DNA of 27,696 bases from assembly GCA_963977445.1 (NCBI GenBank), contig CAXBPH010000074.1, forward strand, positions 1 to 27,696, written 5' to 3'. Positions 10,061 through 19,465 of this stretch are shown piece by piece. Positions within the stretch are counted from its first letter, which is position 1; every line of letters begins with the position of its first letter. Under the pieces are notes generated by a model. The model saw nothing but the letters and a program-made list of their open reading frames with translations. It ran no database searches and had not been told where the DNA came from. Both the position numbers and the translations under genes were made by a program. This DNA comes from an uncultured bacterium. GTDB lineage: Bacteria; Hydrogenedentota; Hydrogenedentia; Hydrogenedentales; JAEUWI01.

Positions 10061-11729
10061 GATGGGCACCACCATGACCGCGGGTACATGGCGCGTGGCT
10101 CTGGCGTCACCCCATACGGCGCTGCAACTTGGTTTTCCTGATATTTTTGGTCCGGACGAGACGCTTTGGCATCAGCAGGTGGGACGTCTGACACGGGCAA
10201 TGGAATGCTATCTGGCGCACTACGGTGACGAACCGGTTCGCGTATTTCGGGCTCCGGGCCGTATCAATCTTCGGGGAATGCATGTTGATACCCATGGCGG
10301 CTACCTGAACCTCATGACCCATCAGCGAGATGTGTTGGTGGTGGCCGGCAGGGGAAAGGCGGCCCTTACACAGGCCGCTAACACCGATAGCGATTTTCAA
10401 CCGTTGCGTATCGCGCGACATGACCTGCCGACCTGGGCAGACGGCGAGGATTGGGCGGCCTTTCTCGACAGCGATGGCGTCCACCGTCACGTGTCGAGCC
10501 AGACCGGGTCGTGGGCGAATTATATCGAGGGTTCCTGGTTGCGCGCGGCGATGGCCCTGGGGCAACGCGAGATGGGTGGGCTGAATCTGGTGGTAGACAG
10601 TACGCTTCCCCGAGGGGCATCACTCAGCTCTTCTGCGGCCCTGTGTCTGGCCCTGCTTCAATCGTGGACCGGCTGGTATGGTCAGCCACTTCACAAGGAC
10701 GCGCTGATTCTCGCCGCGCAGGACGCCGAGTGGTTTACGGGTTCCCGCTGCGGGACCTGCGATCAAACGGCTATTGTGTCGGGAACACAAGGCACCATTC
10801 TCCACGGCGCCCTCGATCCCCGGGCTTTCGACACGACGGGCATGGTTCCCATCCCATTTCCAGCGGCGCTCTCCGTGTTGGTAATCAATAGCCACACCCG
10901 ACGAAGTCTCAGCGGCATAGAAAAGGTCGCCTACACGACAAATCGATTCGCCTACTCCATGGCCATGGCAATTTTACAGCAGACATTGGCCAGGCTGGGC
11001 TATGAGGAAGAGGTCATTGCGCAAAGCGACGTTCTGAGCCGCATTACGCCGGAACGGCTGGGTGGTGAAGGGGCTGTTTACCGAATTCTAAAAGAGATAC
11101 CAGAATCCCTCACGCTCGACGCGTTACGCACGGGCTATGTGTTGCCCGACCTGGATCACGAATACGAACGGTACTTCGGGGATGTTGATAGGGCCCATCG
11201 CCCCACATCTATCGCCCTCCGCGGACCTCTACTTTTCGGGATTGCCGAGTCCGCCCGGGCGCACCAATTTGCGAAAGCCATCCAAGAGGAAAACTTCGTG
11301 TATGCCGGGCAATTGATGACGTGGGGCCACGACGGAGACCGTCGTATTACCGGAGACGGACTTCCGGCCATACAACCCGTCGGTGACGCCTATCTGGACG
11401 GGATGATGAAACAAAATGGTCCCATTGTGGCGTGTCCCGGTGCCTATGGCGCAAGTATTCCCGCATTGGATACGCTGGTCGACCGTTCTCTTGCACTGGG
11501 CGCGCTGGGAGCCTCTCTGACGGGTGCGGGCATGGCCGGCACGGTGCTCGCCCTGTGTAAGAAAGAGGCCGCGGAAACCATTCGGACGGGGCTGGTTGAT
11601 TATATGTCCGGTTCTGCATACGCGGAAATCGCCCATCTACCCGCGCCCCTGTCTGATGGGGCCTTGGAAGATGCGGTCGTGGTGAATCGGTCCGTGGCCG
11701 GGGCAGGGGAGCTGCGGCTGGAGATGTAG
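10050..11729 (+). CDS. GHMP-family sugar kinase, galactokinase-like with a divergent sugar-binding motif
   Basis: APGRINLRGMHVD, LPRGASLSSSAA (ATP loop), CGTCDQ, GASLTGAGMAG. Start uncertain (10050, 10062 or 10074). Confidence 0.85.
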   Translation: MTSEMGTTMTAGTWRVALASPHTALQLGFPDIFGPDETLWHQQVGRLTRAMECYLAHYGDEPVRVFRAPGRINLRGMHVDTHGGYLNLMTHQRDVLVVAGRGKAALTQAANTDSDFQPLRIARHDLPTWADGEDWAAFLDSDGVHRHVSSQTGSWANYIEGSWLRAAMALGQREMGGLNLVVDSTLPRGASLSSSAALCLALLQSWTGWYGQPLHKDALILAAQDAEWFTGSRCGTCDQTAIVSGTQGTILHGALDPRAFDTTGMVPIPFPAALSVLVINSHTRRSLSGIEKVAYTTNRFAYSMAMAILQQTLARLGYEEEVIAQSDVLSRITPERLGGEGAVYRILKEIPESLTLDALRTGYVLPDLDHEYERYFGDVDRAHRPTSIALRGPLLFGIAESARAHQFAKAIQEENFVYAGQLMTWGHDGDRRITGDGLPAIQPVGDAYLDGMMKQNGPIVACPGAYGASIPALDTLVDRSLALGALGASLTGAGMAGTVLALCKKEAAETIRTGLVDYMSGSAYAEIAHLPAPLSDGALEDAVVVNRSVAGAGELRLEM

Positions 11730-11745
11730 GGGCAGGAAGCAATGC

Positions 11746-13431
11746 TTAGCTTCGTGCATTCCATCGTGTTTTCAGTAAGTCCAGTTTTTCGACCATCAGT
11801 TCCGAGCGGGTGGCGCAGGCGCGATAGATATTGAGTGTGGTGGTCGCCAGAACCATCACGTCCGCCCCTTCCAGATTATCGCGCTCAAACCGGGCCATCA
11901 GAATAAGCGGGCGACACGCCTGGTTTACTTCGCCATAGACCCGACCCTCCTCATCCAATGCCATGAGTTGGCTGACGAGCGTTTTGGCCTCATCGATACT
12001 CCCTCGGTTGTCCCGATTCATGATGAGGGCTTCGGTGGTGACGATACCCCGTTTGGAGAGTGCCGCGAGTCCGGCAAACTGCGTGCCATAGGCCGCTGCC
12101 CAGTCTTCTATGCATTTCTGGTCGGGTCCGCTGAAATGACGAAACATCTGATCCAGTCCGGCCACTTCCTGCTCCGGCTGGCTGCCTCCTGAAAGATGGC
12201 CCAGCCACATGGTGCGATAGGCGATGCGTAGAAAATCTCGTTCGCTCAACACCCGTCGGATGACCGGATAGAACTGCAAAAAACCATCGGGGGCGAAGCG
12301 GGTCATGTAGATGTCCACATCCGCCAGTGCGGGGTCATCTTCAAGAAGTGGTGGTACCCCATCCTGGCCGTGGTCCTGTACATAGTGCATGGCCGTGAGG
12401 ACCTGGCTGGCCTCGATGCGATTCTGTTCGTCTTTGGCGGTGGGCACGAAATCCGAACGGCCCATGTCTACCCGGCGCGTTTCGATGGCCCCGTGTCCCG
12501 CGCCATAGGGGCCCGTTTCCCGATAGTGAACATTGCCGACAGAAACGAGGGTGATGGGGCAGTTCACCGAAGCGGCGATATGCATGGTGCCCGTATCGTT
12601 GGTTACCAGCATGCGCGCATGGGTCAGCACCGCAGCGACCTGGGCGATACTGGTCTTTCCAAAGAGGTGCACGGCGGAATCAGGCAGGAGTTCCTCAAAT
12701 CGGTCGCCGAGATACTGTTCTTCATTCACGCCCAGCAGCAGGATTTTCGCATGGTGGGAATCGATGAGGATACGGGCGAGGGCGGCAAAGCGCTCGACTG
12801 GCCACCGCTTGTTATTTTCGCTGGCACCCATCTGAAAGCAAACCACGAAATCATCGGGCAGGATGCTGGAGGCTTCGAGGAGGTCCTGGGCGGCTTGCCG
12901 ATCCTCTTCGGTGAGGGCGAATCGAAGTTCCTGCGACGGGGGGGCCTCGGGAACGATGTTGCGACTGATGTCACACAGGTTCAGGTCGTTGTATTCGCGG
13001 CTGAAGACACTGGTAAAGAAATAATTGGTCCAGGCACCGCGCAATATGAACTGCCAGTCGCTACTCAGGCAGGCACCGTGAACTTCCGGCACATTCAATA
13101 ATTTCGCCAGCATGGCGGAGCCAACGCTATGGGTCACATTGAACACGATGTCGTAGTTCTGGGTCCGGAGTTCTTCGATTTGAGCCTCGGCCAGTTGGTA
13201 GGCCTGGAGCAGTCGGTTCGAATCATCAGAGGTCAGGTGGAGATAGAGCTCGTCTTCGTCATAGACGATAGTCTCATCAATATCCGGATTGCGATCGGCG
13301 ATAGCCTTGCCCATCTTTCGCACCATGAGGGCAATGTGGGCGTCAGGGTATTTCAGACGGACCATGTGAATCATGGGCGTCGTCTGGAGTACATCCCCCA
13401 TGCGGGTTGTTTGAAGTATAAGAATGCGCAT
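11746..13431 (-). CDS. Glycosyltransferase family 9 (heptosyltransferase-like) with C-terminal extension
   Basis: MRILILQTTRMGDVLQTTP; FQMGASENNKRWP; GKTS; LVTNDTGTMHIAA. Confidence 0.9.
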   Translation of the reverse strand: MRILILQTTRMGDVLQTTPMIHMVRLKYPDAHIALMVRKMGKAIADRNPDIDETIVYDEDELYLHLTSDDSNRLLQAYQLAEAQIEELRTQNYDIVFNVTHSVGSAMLAKLLNVPEVHGACLSSDWQFILRGAWTNYFFTSVFSREYNDLNLCDISRNIVPEAPPSQELRFALTEEDRQAAQDLLEASSILPDDFVVCFQMGASENNKRWPVERFAALARILIDSHHAKILLLGVNEEQYLGDRFEELLPDSAVHLFGKTSIAQVAAVLTHARMLVTNDTGTMHIAASVNCPITLVSVGNVHYRETGPYGAGHGAIETRRVDMGRSDFVPTAKDEQNRIEASQVLTAMHYVQDHGQDGVPPLLEDDPALADVDIYMTRFAPDGFLQFYPVIRRVLSERDFLRIAYRTMWLGHLSGGSQPEQEVAGLDQMFRHFSGPDQKCIEDWAAAYGTQFAGLAALSKRGIVTTEALIMNRDNRGSIDEAKTLVSQLMALDEEGRVYGEVNQACRPLILMARFERDNLEGADVMVLATTTLNIYRACATRSELMVEKLDLLKTRWNARS

Positions 13432-13451
13432 GTGATAGCTTCCGCAGGTCC

Positions 13452-15251
13452 CTACCGAATCATTCGGGTAATGGCGTCGGCATTGAGCTTTACCTGACAC
13501 ATATAGGCAAATATGGCTTCCGCAGGTCCTCGCTCCCCGCCCAGTGGTGGGGTTAGCTGAGACATGACCTCATAGGTAAAGGGCGTCTCCGGTGGCAAGG
13601 CATCGAGCCATTGATACAAGTCGCTGTCTTCTTCGAGTCTCTTTTTGATTTCCGTCACACTGTGGACGGCCCGGATGCCTCGTTTTATAAGCTTGGCACC
13701 GTGGGCCGAAAAGATGTGGCGGAGCATGTCTTTGGCACGGAGTTCATAGGTGTGTTCCGCAAGGACACGGGTTTGGGCCGCCGTTGCCATGGCCTGTCGT
13801 TCTTCGGGGTGGGCCAGGTAGTAATCGATTTTTTCGCGCAGCTCCCGGAGATCCCGATAGACGGGGAGTTCCGTATCGAAGTCGAAGAGTTTGTCCAGTC
13901 CCACGCAGGGATCGCAGAGTTGAAAGCCACCGGCCGCCGCAATTTCAAAGACCCGCGGGTTGATGGCGTCACAGGCGGGGTCCACGCCGTTGTGGGTACT
14001 GCTGGAGTGGAGGTTCAGGTTGATGGCGGAGCCCGCGACGATTTTCATAAAGACTTCGGCGTCGAAACGCTTCTCGCCCTCGGGCAACAGGCGGCGCAGA
14101 TAGCGATCCGACCAGTTTACGCCCCAGATTTTGAAGTTGTAATCGCCCAGCCCTTTGAAAATTTCGATGCGGTTGTAGTACCCGGCACCGGCAAAACTCA
14201 GGTCACAGCCATATTGTCCCTGCTCTTCTTCAGAAAGTGTGGTGGGGCCGTGTCGCTGTGGGTCGCACGCGGTTTGAACGTGGGCATGGTGTTGACAGCC
14301 CACGGCATCGAGCTTTTCTTCAAACTCACCGGGCTGTATGTGAAAGAAGTAATCGTAGTGGGGGGCGGTAGTTCGCCAATAGGGGAGATGGCGCCAGTTT
14401 TCCACATACCAGAAGGCCGTGATGGTACCATTTGCCCGGAGGCGTTCGGGAAAGTTGGGTGCGACGGGGGCCTGTGCCAGCACGATGCAGATTTCCGGAT
14501 TAAATTCGGCCACCTGCGCATAGGTCCACTCAGACAAGAAGTTGGTGAAGTAGTCGGTTAATTGGGCGGCCGGCTTTTCGCCCGTGACGGTGGCAGAAAT
14601 CTTTTCATACAAGGGCCACGCGTCTTCGTGGTTGATGTATCGCGTGTTGTGGCCCAGTCGGGCGAACGCGTGGGCAAGATATTCGGCAATGGGGAGGGAG
14701 CCCCCATACATGGGGCCCACCACGGCCACATTCATGTGTTTGTCTTCCAGGGAGCGAACGGATAAGGTGGCCTGGAGTTTTGCGACGAATTCGCCATGGC
14801 GTTGTGCCGTGGGGGGATGGATGAGTAGTTGGGGTTCCCGCGCCAGGAAGTTATCCAACGCGGCGTCGTCGCCTGCGTCCGGCAGTTCGCCCAACCCCAA
14901 CAGACAGTCTATCGTGCCCAGGGGGCCTCGGACCGCCAGGGCCAGGATGTCCTTGTCGGGTTCAATGACGACCACGTCGTGCCCGTGTTCGCGAAGTGCG
15001 ATGACGTGGTATCCCAGACCGGAGCCCACCACGAGTACGGGGGTCTTCTCATCGAGCTTGGCGGAGTCGAGAAGGCGTTGGGCTTCCTGTTCCGGATTGT
15101 AGCGACTGTGAAACTGGATGCCACCGACCCGCAACGTTGGGCTTCCGGTCCGGCTTTCTCCCAACTCAATATCGTCGGCACATGGGTGATCCGCAAGGGC
15201 TGCTTGCCATGCCGCAGGTGATTGGAGATAGGTAAATTCCATCGTGCCCAT
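13452..15251 (-). CDS. CgeB-like glycosyltransferase (DUF3880/Glyco_trans_1_2) with N-terminal Maf-like domain
   Basis: N-terminal FHSRYNPEQEA and VVGSGLGYH (Maf-type N-domain); C-terminal DLSFAGAGYYNR, INLNLH, NPRVFEIAAAGGFQL, EHTYELR. Confidence 0.85.
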   Translation of the reverse strand: MGTMEFTYLQSPAAWQAALADHPCADDIELGESRTGSPTLRVGGIQFHSRYNPEQEAQRLLDSAKLDEKTPVLVVGSGLGYHVIALREHGHDVVVIEPDKDILALAVRGPLGTIDCLLGLGELPDAGDDAALDNFLAREPQLLIHPPTAQRHGEFVAKLQATLSVRSLEDKHMNVAVVGPMYGGSLPIAEYLAHAFARLGHNTRYINHEDAWPLYEKISATVTGEKPAAQLTDYFTNFLSEWTYAQVAEFNPEICIVLAQAPVAPNFPERLRANGTITAFWYVENWRHLPYWRTTAPHYDYFFHIQPGEFEEKLDAVGCQHHAHVQTACDPQRHGPTTLSEEEQGQYGCDLSFAGAGYYNRIEIFKGLGDYNFKIWGVNWSDRYLRRLLPEGEKRFDAEVFMKIVAGSAINLNLHSSSTHNGVDPACDAINPRVFEIAAAGGFQLCDPCVGLDKLFDFDTELPVYRDLRELREKIDYYLAHPEERQAMATAAQTRVLAEHTYELRAKDMLRHIFSAHGAKLIKRGIRAVHSVTEIKKRLEEDSDLYQWLDALPPETPFTYEVMSQLTPPLGGERGPAEAIFAYMCQVKLNADAITRMIR

Positions 15252-15283
15252 TTCGTGCCACGTTGATGGGTGTGGCGAAGTCT

Positions 15284-18200
15284 CTATGCGTCCGGGGTAT
15301 TGCTATCCAAGGTGCTCAACAGACGCAGCGCCGCTTCATTGGCCGGGTCAAAGAGCACCACCATGTCCAATTGTTCTCTCGCTTCAGCGTCTTGTCCCAA
15401 CTCGGCCAGGGCCTGGGCAAATTGAACCTTGAGGTCCAGATTGCCTGGATAAAATTCAATGTAGGCCGTGAGGACAGGAAGGGCTTCTTCCATCCGCCCT
15501 AAGGCCCGCGCGACGCTGAGAAAGGACGCAAAGAGCCCTTTGTGGTCGAAATTATTCAGCATGGCCCGCTGGAAATGGGTGAAGGCATCGTCCAGCGCGC
15601 CTTCCTGCATGGCGATTAGCCCCAGCGCCGCATCGACCCGGTCCAGGCTGGCATCAGCGGCCATGGCCTGCACTAAGAGCGGTTTGGCCCGATGGGGGGC
15701 ATTCATGGCCAGGAGCAGGATGCCATAGTCGCCCACGATCAAGGGGGCATCTGACTTCTTGAGGGCCAGCTCGTAGGCCGAGGCCGCTTCCTTCAGGCTG
15801 CCCAGGCGGCCATAGGCACGGGCGACGATATGGAGTTGTTCCACTTCATCCACGCCCACAGCGTCCAGCGCAATGCCCAGGGCCATTTCGTATTCACCCT
15901 CATCCATAGCGCGGTTGGCTGTGTCGAGGGCATCCCAGCTGGCCTTGCAGGCAATACCGAGATGCTGGTAGGTCAGGAATTCTTCATGCTCGGCCTTACT
16001 CACGTTGTGAAAGGTGAAATTACCGATGGTCAGCGAGCCGTCTTCGTTCAGGGGCAAGGCACTGGCGGGGCGCGAGTTTATAGAGGTGACGTTAGCGGCC
16101 TTCATGCCGGCGGATTCGATCATCTTGATGAAATCGATACGGGTGTAGAAGCGAAGGTGGGTCGCATCCATAATACCCTGCTCGTAATAGGTCCAGCAGC
16201 CCTGTCCGAGCATGTGGAGCACTTCGAAATTGCGGGCATTCGGGATGGAGATCACAATTACGCCGTGGGGCGCTAAAACCCGGTCCAACTTGCGCAGAAC
16301 GGCCTCGGGCTCTACCAGGTGCTCCAGCACATCGGCACAGATGATACAGTCGAAATGTCCATCTTCAAAAGGCAGGGTCATTTCTTCAATGTTGCCGAGA
16401 TAGACCCGATCGAGTACATCGACGGCGCGGAGGTAGGCTTCTTCGATGAATTCCACACCACAGACTTCTTCGACACCCCGCTCTTCCTTCAATACTTTAC
16501 CCAGGGCACCGGCGCCACAACCCACATCGAGGACCCGTTTTGCGCCTACGGGGATGCCCTGGAGGAGTTCCCGGCGGGGGTGCTGATAATACCCTTCCGC
16601 ATTCTTGACGCCGTGGTGTGGTAAGGGGATAGCCAGGGGGCCCGTGGTCTTTTCAACGTCTCGCAACATCGTCTGTATGCGACTGGCGTAGGTGTGCTCC
16701 TGCAGGACCCGCTGTTGACCCTGGCGGGCAATGGCCTCGCGGGCCGCGTCATCATCAAGGTAGCGTTGAATCAGGGAGAGGGCGTCGTCTTCATCGTCAT
16801 ACACCACCAGGTCCCGACCGTTCTCAAACAGTTCGCTCAGTCCGATAGCGTCGTCCGTAATCAAAAGCGCGCCAGACGCCATGGCCTCAAAGACCCGCAT
16901 GTTGACGTCGGCGTTGAGGCACATATTCACGACGATTTTGGCATGGGCATAGGCCTCTGCCATTTCGTGGGGCCAGCATTGGGTGATGAAATGATTTGGA
17001 AAGGCTTCCCGTACCCGCTCGATAAAATGTCGGCGGTGATCGCCGCTGGCGCTGGACATGCTGCCGACGAAGGCGATGTCGTAGTGACGCTCACCCGAAG
17101 GGACGTCATGTAACTCGGGGGCGCAGCCCAGGGGCAACCAGCGGGCCTGAGATATGCCGGCATCGAGAAACGCTTGCACCTGAGCGAGTTGGGCCAGGTA
17201 GACAAAATCAAAATGTCGGGCGATTTCGATGCGGTGAACCGACGACACATGGGTATCGATAAACCAGGCGACCTTGGGTAAGTCCAACGCGGCAAAACCG
17301 GGCTCAATGGCATCTTGACCGGAATCGACCCACAACAGGAGCGCGGGCTTGAACTCGGACGGAATTCCATCCTCAATTTCCTGTACCTCCGCATGGGCGC
17401 GCAGGGCGAAATCGTGCTTGGGATAATCGGGTATGGGATACGAAAAGCCCCATTGGATTAAGAGGGTATCGGGAATCTGTCGTCCGCAGGAGAGGACGGT
17501 ATGGTCTTTTCGAATGGCTTCCCGGATATAGCGGCCCGTGGTATGGGGGCAAGCCACATAGGAAAGGAGGAAGGGGACCCCAACACGGGATTTCTTTTTC
17601 TCCGTCATCGGCGCACTCCGCTTAACCGGCTTCTTGTCGGCGGCCTCCAGGATGGCTTCCCGCCACTGCGTAACAAAGGTGGAAAGGGGAAATTCGTCGG
17701 CCACCAGCTCTCGTCCTTTGGCACCCAGGGCCCGTGCACCATCGGGATCGTCCAACAGGGTTTGCAGGTATTGTCGGAGCACCTTGTGGTCGTAGTCAGC
17801 GTAGCCGTTGACCCCGTTGGTAATGGGCGACGTGGGATTGGCCAGGGACACCACCGGCATACCGCAAGCCATGGCTTCCAGCATCGCGAGATTGTAGCCG
17901 TCTTCATAGGCTTCGCGTGAAACGTGGAGCAGGCATCGGTGGCTCCGGAATATTTCGAGCAAGTCGTCAAAGGAGGTGGTGGAAACGCTGCCGGGAATGA
18001 GTGGATTGGTGCCGACGACCCGATTGGGAAGGCCCTCGCAGCAGGCTTCCTGAAAATCCACGTCAAACATGAGGTCCCGCTGGCGCATGGTGTTTCCCAC
18101 GCGAATGGCGCAGGCCGTGTCGCCACGATAGCCACCCCAGTTGTCTACATTAAATCCCGGACGAATAACCCGGCCCGGAAGGCCATAGTCATCCCGCTTG

Positions 18201-18604
18201 GAGTCAGAGATGTAGACAAAGTCATAGAAGTTCTGTAATTCACCGAGCATCTCCGCATACTTACTCAATCCATCACCAGCGTCATCGTTAATGGTGGTGT
18301 GGAGATAGGTGCGGCGATTGTGACAAATCAGGAGTCGGCCCGCGTCACTGTCTGCGGCATCGACGGCGTTGTTTTCGTTTTGCGCGATGACCACATCGTA
18401 GTAGCCCTGCTTCAGGCGCTGTCGCCAGGTCTGCTCGCCCACGAAGTGCAGATTTTCGGGGGCCGGGCGAAATACATGTTGCCATGCCCGGGCGAAGGGA
18501 CCCCGTTCATAGAGTCCGATATCGAAGTCCAGGCCCGTCTCGGCCATCATGCAAAGATAGGGCTCGTGAAAATTGAACGTGAGGATGCGGGGTGAATTCA
18601 TCAT
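15284..18604 (-). CDS. Multidomain protein: GT4-like glycosyltransferase + CgeB-like glycosyltransferase + class I SAM methyltransferase + TPR
   Basis: EDGYNLAMLEAMACGMPVV (GT4); YDIAFVGS, NMRVFEAMASGALL, EHTYASR (CgeB-like); VLDVGCGAG, FDCIICADVLEHL, THLRFYT (MTase); C-terminal TPR helices. TGATG overlap with the upstream gene. Confidence 0.9.
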   Translation of the reverse strand: MMNSPRILTFNFHEPYLCMMAETGLDFDIGLYERGPFARAWQHVFRPAPENLHFVGEQTWRQRLKQGYYDVVIAQNENNAVDAADSDAGRLLICHNRRTYLHTTINDDAGDGLSKYAEMLGELQNFYDFVYISDSKRDDYGLPGRVIRPGFNVDNWGGYRGDTACAIRVGNTMRQRDLMFDVDFQEACCEGLPNRVVGTNPLIPGSVSTTSFDDLLEIFRSHRCLLHVSREAYEDGYNLAMLEAMACGMPVVSLANPTSPITNGVNGYADYDHKVLRQYLQTLLDDPDGARALGAKGRELVADEFPLSTFVTQWREAILEAADKKPVKRSAPMTEKKKSRVGVPFLLSYVACPHTTGRYIREAIRKDHTVLSCGRQIPDTLLIQWGFSYPIPDYPKHDFALRAHAEVQEIEDGIPSEFKPALLLWVDSGQDAIEPGFAALDLPKVAWFIDTHVSSVHRIEIARHFDFVYLAQLAQVQAFLDAGISQARWLPLGCAPELHDVPSGERHYDIAFVGSMSSASGDHRRHFIERVREAFPNHFITQCWPHEMAEAYAHAKIVVNMCLNADVNMRVFEAMASGALLITDDAIGLSELFENGRDLVVYDDEDDALSLIQRYLDDDAAREAIARQGQQRVLQEHTYASRIQTMLRDVEKTTGPLAIPLPHHGVKNAEGYYQHPRRELLQGIPVGAKRVLDVGCGAGALGKVLKEERGVEEVCGVEFIEEAYLRAVDVLDRVYLGNIEEMTLPFEDGHFDCIICADVLEHLVEPEAVLRKLDRVLAPHGVIVISIPNARNFEVLHMLGQGCWTYYEQGIMDATHLRFYTRIDFIKMIESAGMKAANVTSINSRPASALPLNEDGSLTIGNFTFHNVSKAEHEEFLTYQHLGIACKASWDALDTANRAMDEGEYEMALGIALDAVGVDEVEQLHIVARAYGRLGSLKEAASAYELALKKSDAPLIVGDYGILLLAMNAPHRAKPLLVQAMAADASLDRVDAALGLIAMQEGALDDAFTHFQRAMLNNFDHKGLFASFLSVARALGRMEEALPVLTAYIEFYPGNLDLKVQFAQALAELGQDAEAREQLDMVVLFDPANEAALRLLSTLDSNTPDA

Positions 18605-19230
18605 CAACCAGAGGTGGCGGGAATCTGTGCCTGAAGTAGCGCGACGATTTCCAGTTCCTGCTCTGCGCGGGGTGCCAGTTCATATTCCAGCAAATCGCCC
18701 AAGAGGATAGTGTCGCTGTCTTTGAGAGCCTGAGCAGCTTCTTCGAGAAACTGATTCAATTCCTCGTGAATGGTAACCATGGATTTGCCGTTGAGGGTAA
18801 TCGCCGTGGTGTCCAATTCCAATGCATTGGTTACCAGGGCTTCGCGGGACTTGATCTGGCTCCAGAGTTCGGCCATCTGAACGAAGGGCTCAAAGCCTTC
18901 CTCCGGTGTTTCCCCTTGAAACACGGCGGCAAGGCTGCGGCAGATAGCGGGTAGCTCGGGGAGGTAGTCGCCCAGACCGGTGAGACAGTCTTCAACAAGC
19001 TTGACGATACGTTCCGACCCGATTTCGACCCGGGTGACTTCCGTCGTGGGCAGGTCTTTCAGCTTTGCGCTCATGACTTCCGGGGCAATAGAGGTCCCGT
19101 CTACCGAAACGGAGAGTATGGATCGCCCTTCCCGCCGCAAAAACTCGCTTACTGCGCCCACGGCCGAAAAAACATCATCGGGACTGCCCTGCAGGTCGTA
19201 GTTGGTCGCGCCATCTAAAATTATTTCCAT
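18604..19230 (-). CDS. Conserved hypothetical acidic helical protein of flagellar/glycosylation loci
   Basis: 208-aa ORF tightly packed between csrA and the glycosyltransferases; C-terminal DTILLGDLLEYELAP motif. Confidence 0.8.
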   Translation of the reverse strand: MEIILDGATNYDLQGSPDDVFSAVGAVSEFLRREGRSILSVSVDGTSIAPEVMSAKLKDLPTTEVTRVEIGSERIVKLVEDCLTGLGDYLPELPAICRSLAAVFQGETPEEGFEPFVQMAELWSQIKSREALVTNALELDTTAITLNGKSMVTIHEELNQFLEEAAQALKDSDTILLGDLLEYELAPRAEQELEIVALLQAQIPATSG

Positions 19231-19243
19231 GGAGCACCCTTTC

Positions 19244-19465
19244 CTAACGGGGAATCAGATTGGAGATACCGTCGATAGAAGGCGCAGCAGCTGCCTGCGC
19301 ATTCTCTGCCTGAATTGCCAGGTAAACTTCCCGTCGGTGGACAGCTACGCTTCGTGGAGCCACGATGCCCAGTTTGACCTGATTATCTTTTAGATCGAGC
19401 ACCTTGACCTCAATGTCGTTGCCGATCATGATGCTTTCGTTTTCCTTACGCGTCAGAACGAGCAT
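19244..19465 (-). CDS. csrA: Carbon storage regulator CsrA (FliW-antagonised type)
   Basis: [30 protein letters not shown]; Asn55 and C-terminal extension; SD GGAGGAGGTGA. Confidence 0.98.
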   Translation of the reverse strand: MLVLTRKENESIMIGNDIEVKVLDLKDNQVKLGIVAPRSVAVHRREVYLAIQAENAQAAAAPSIDGISNLIPR

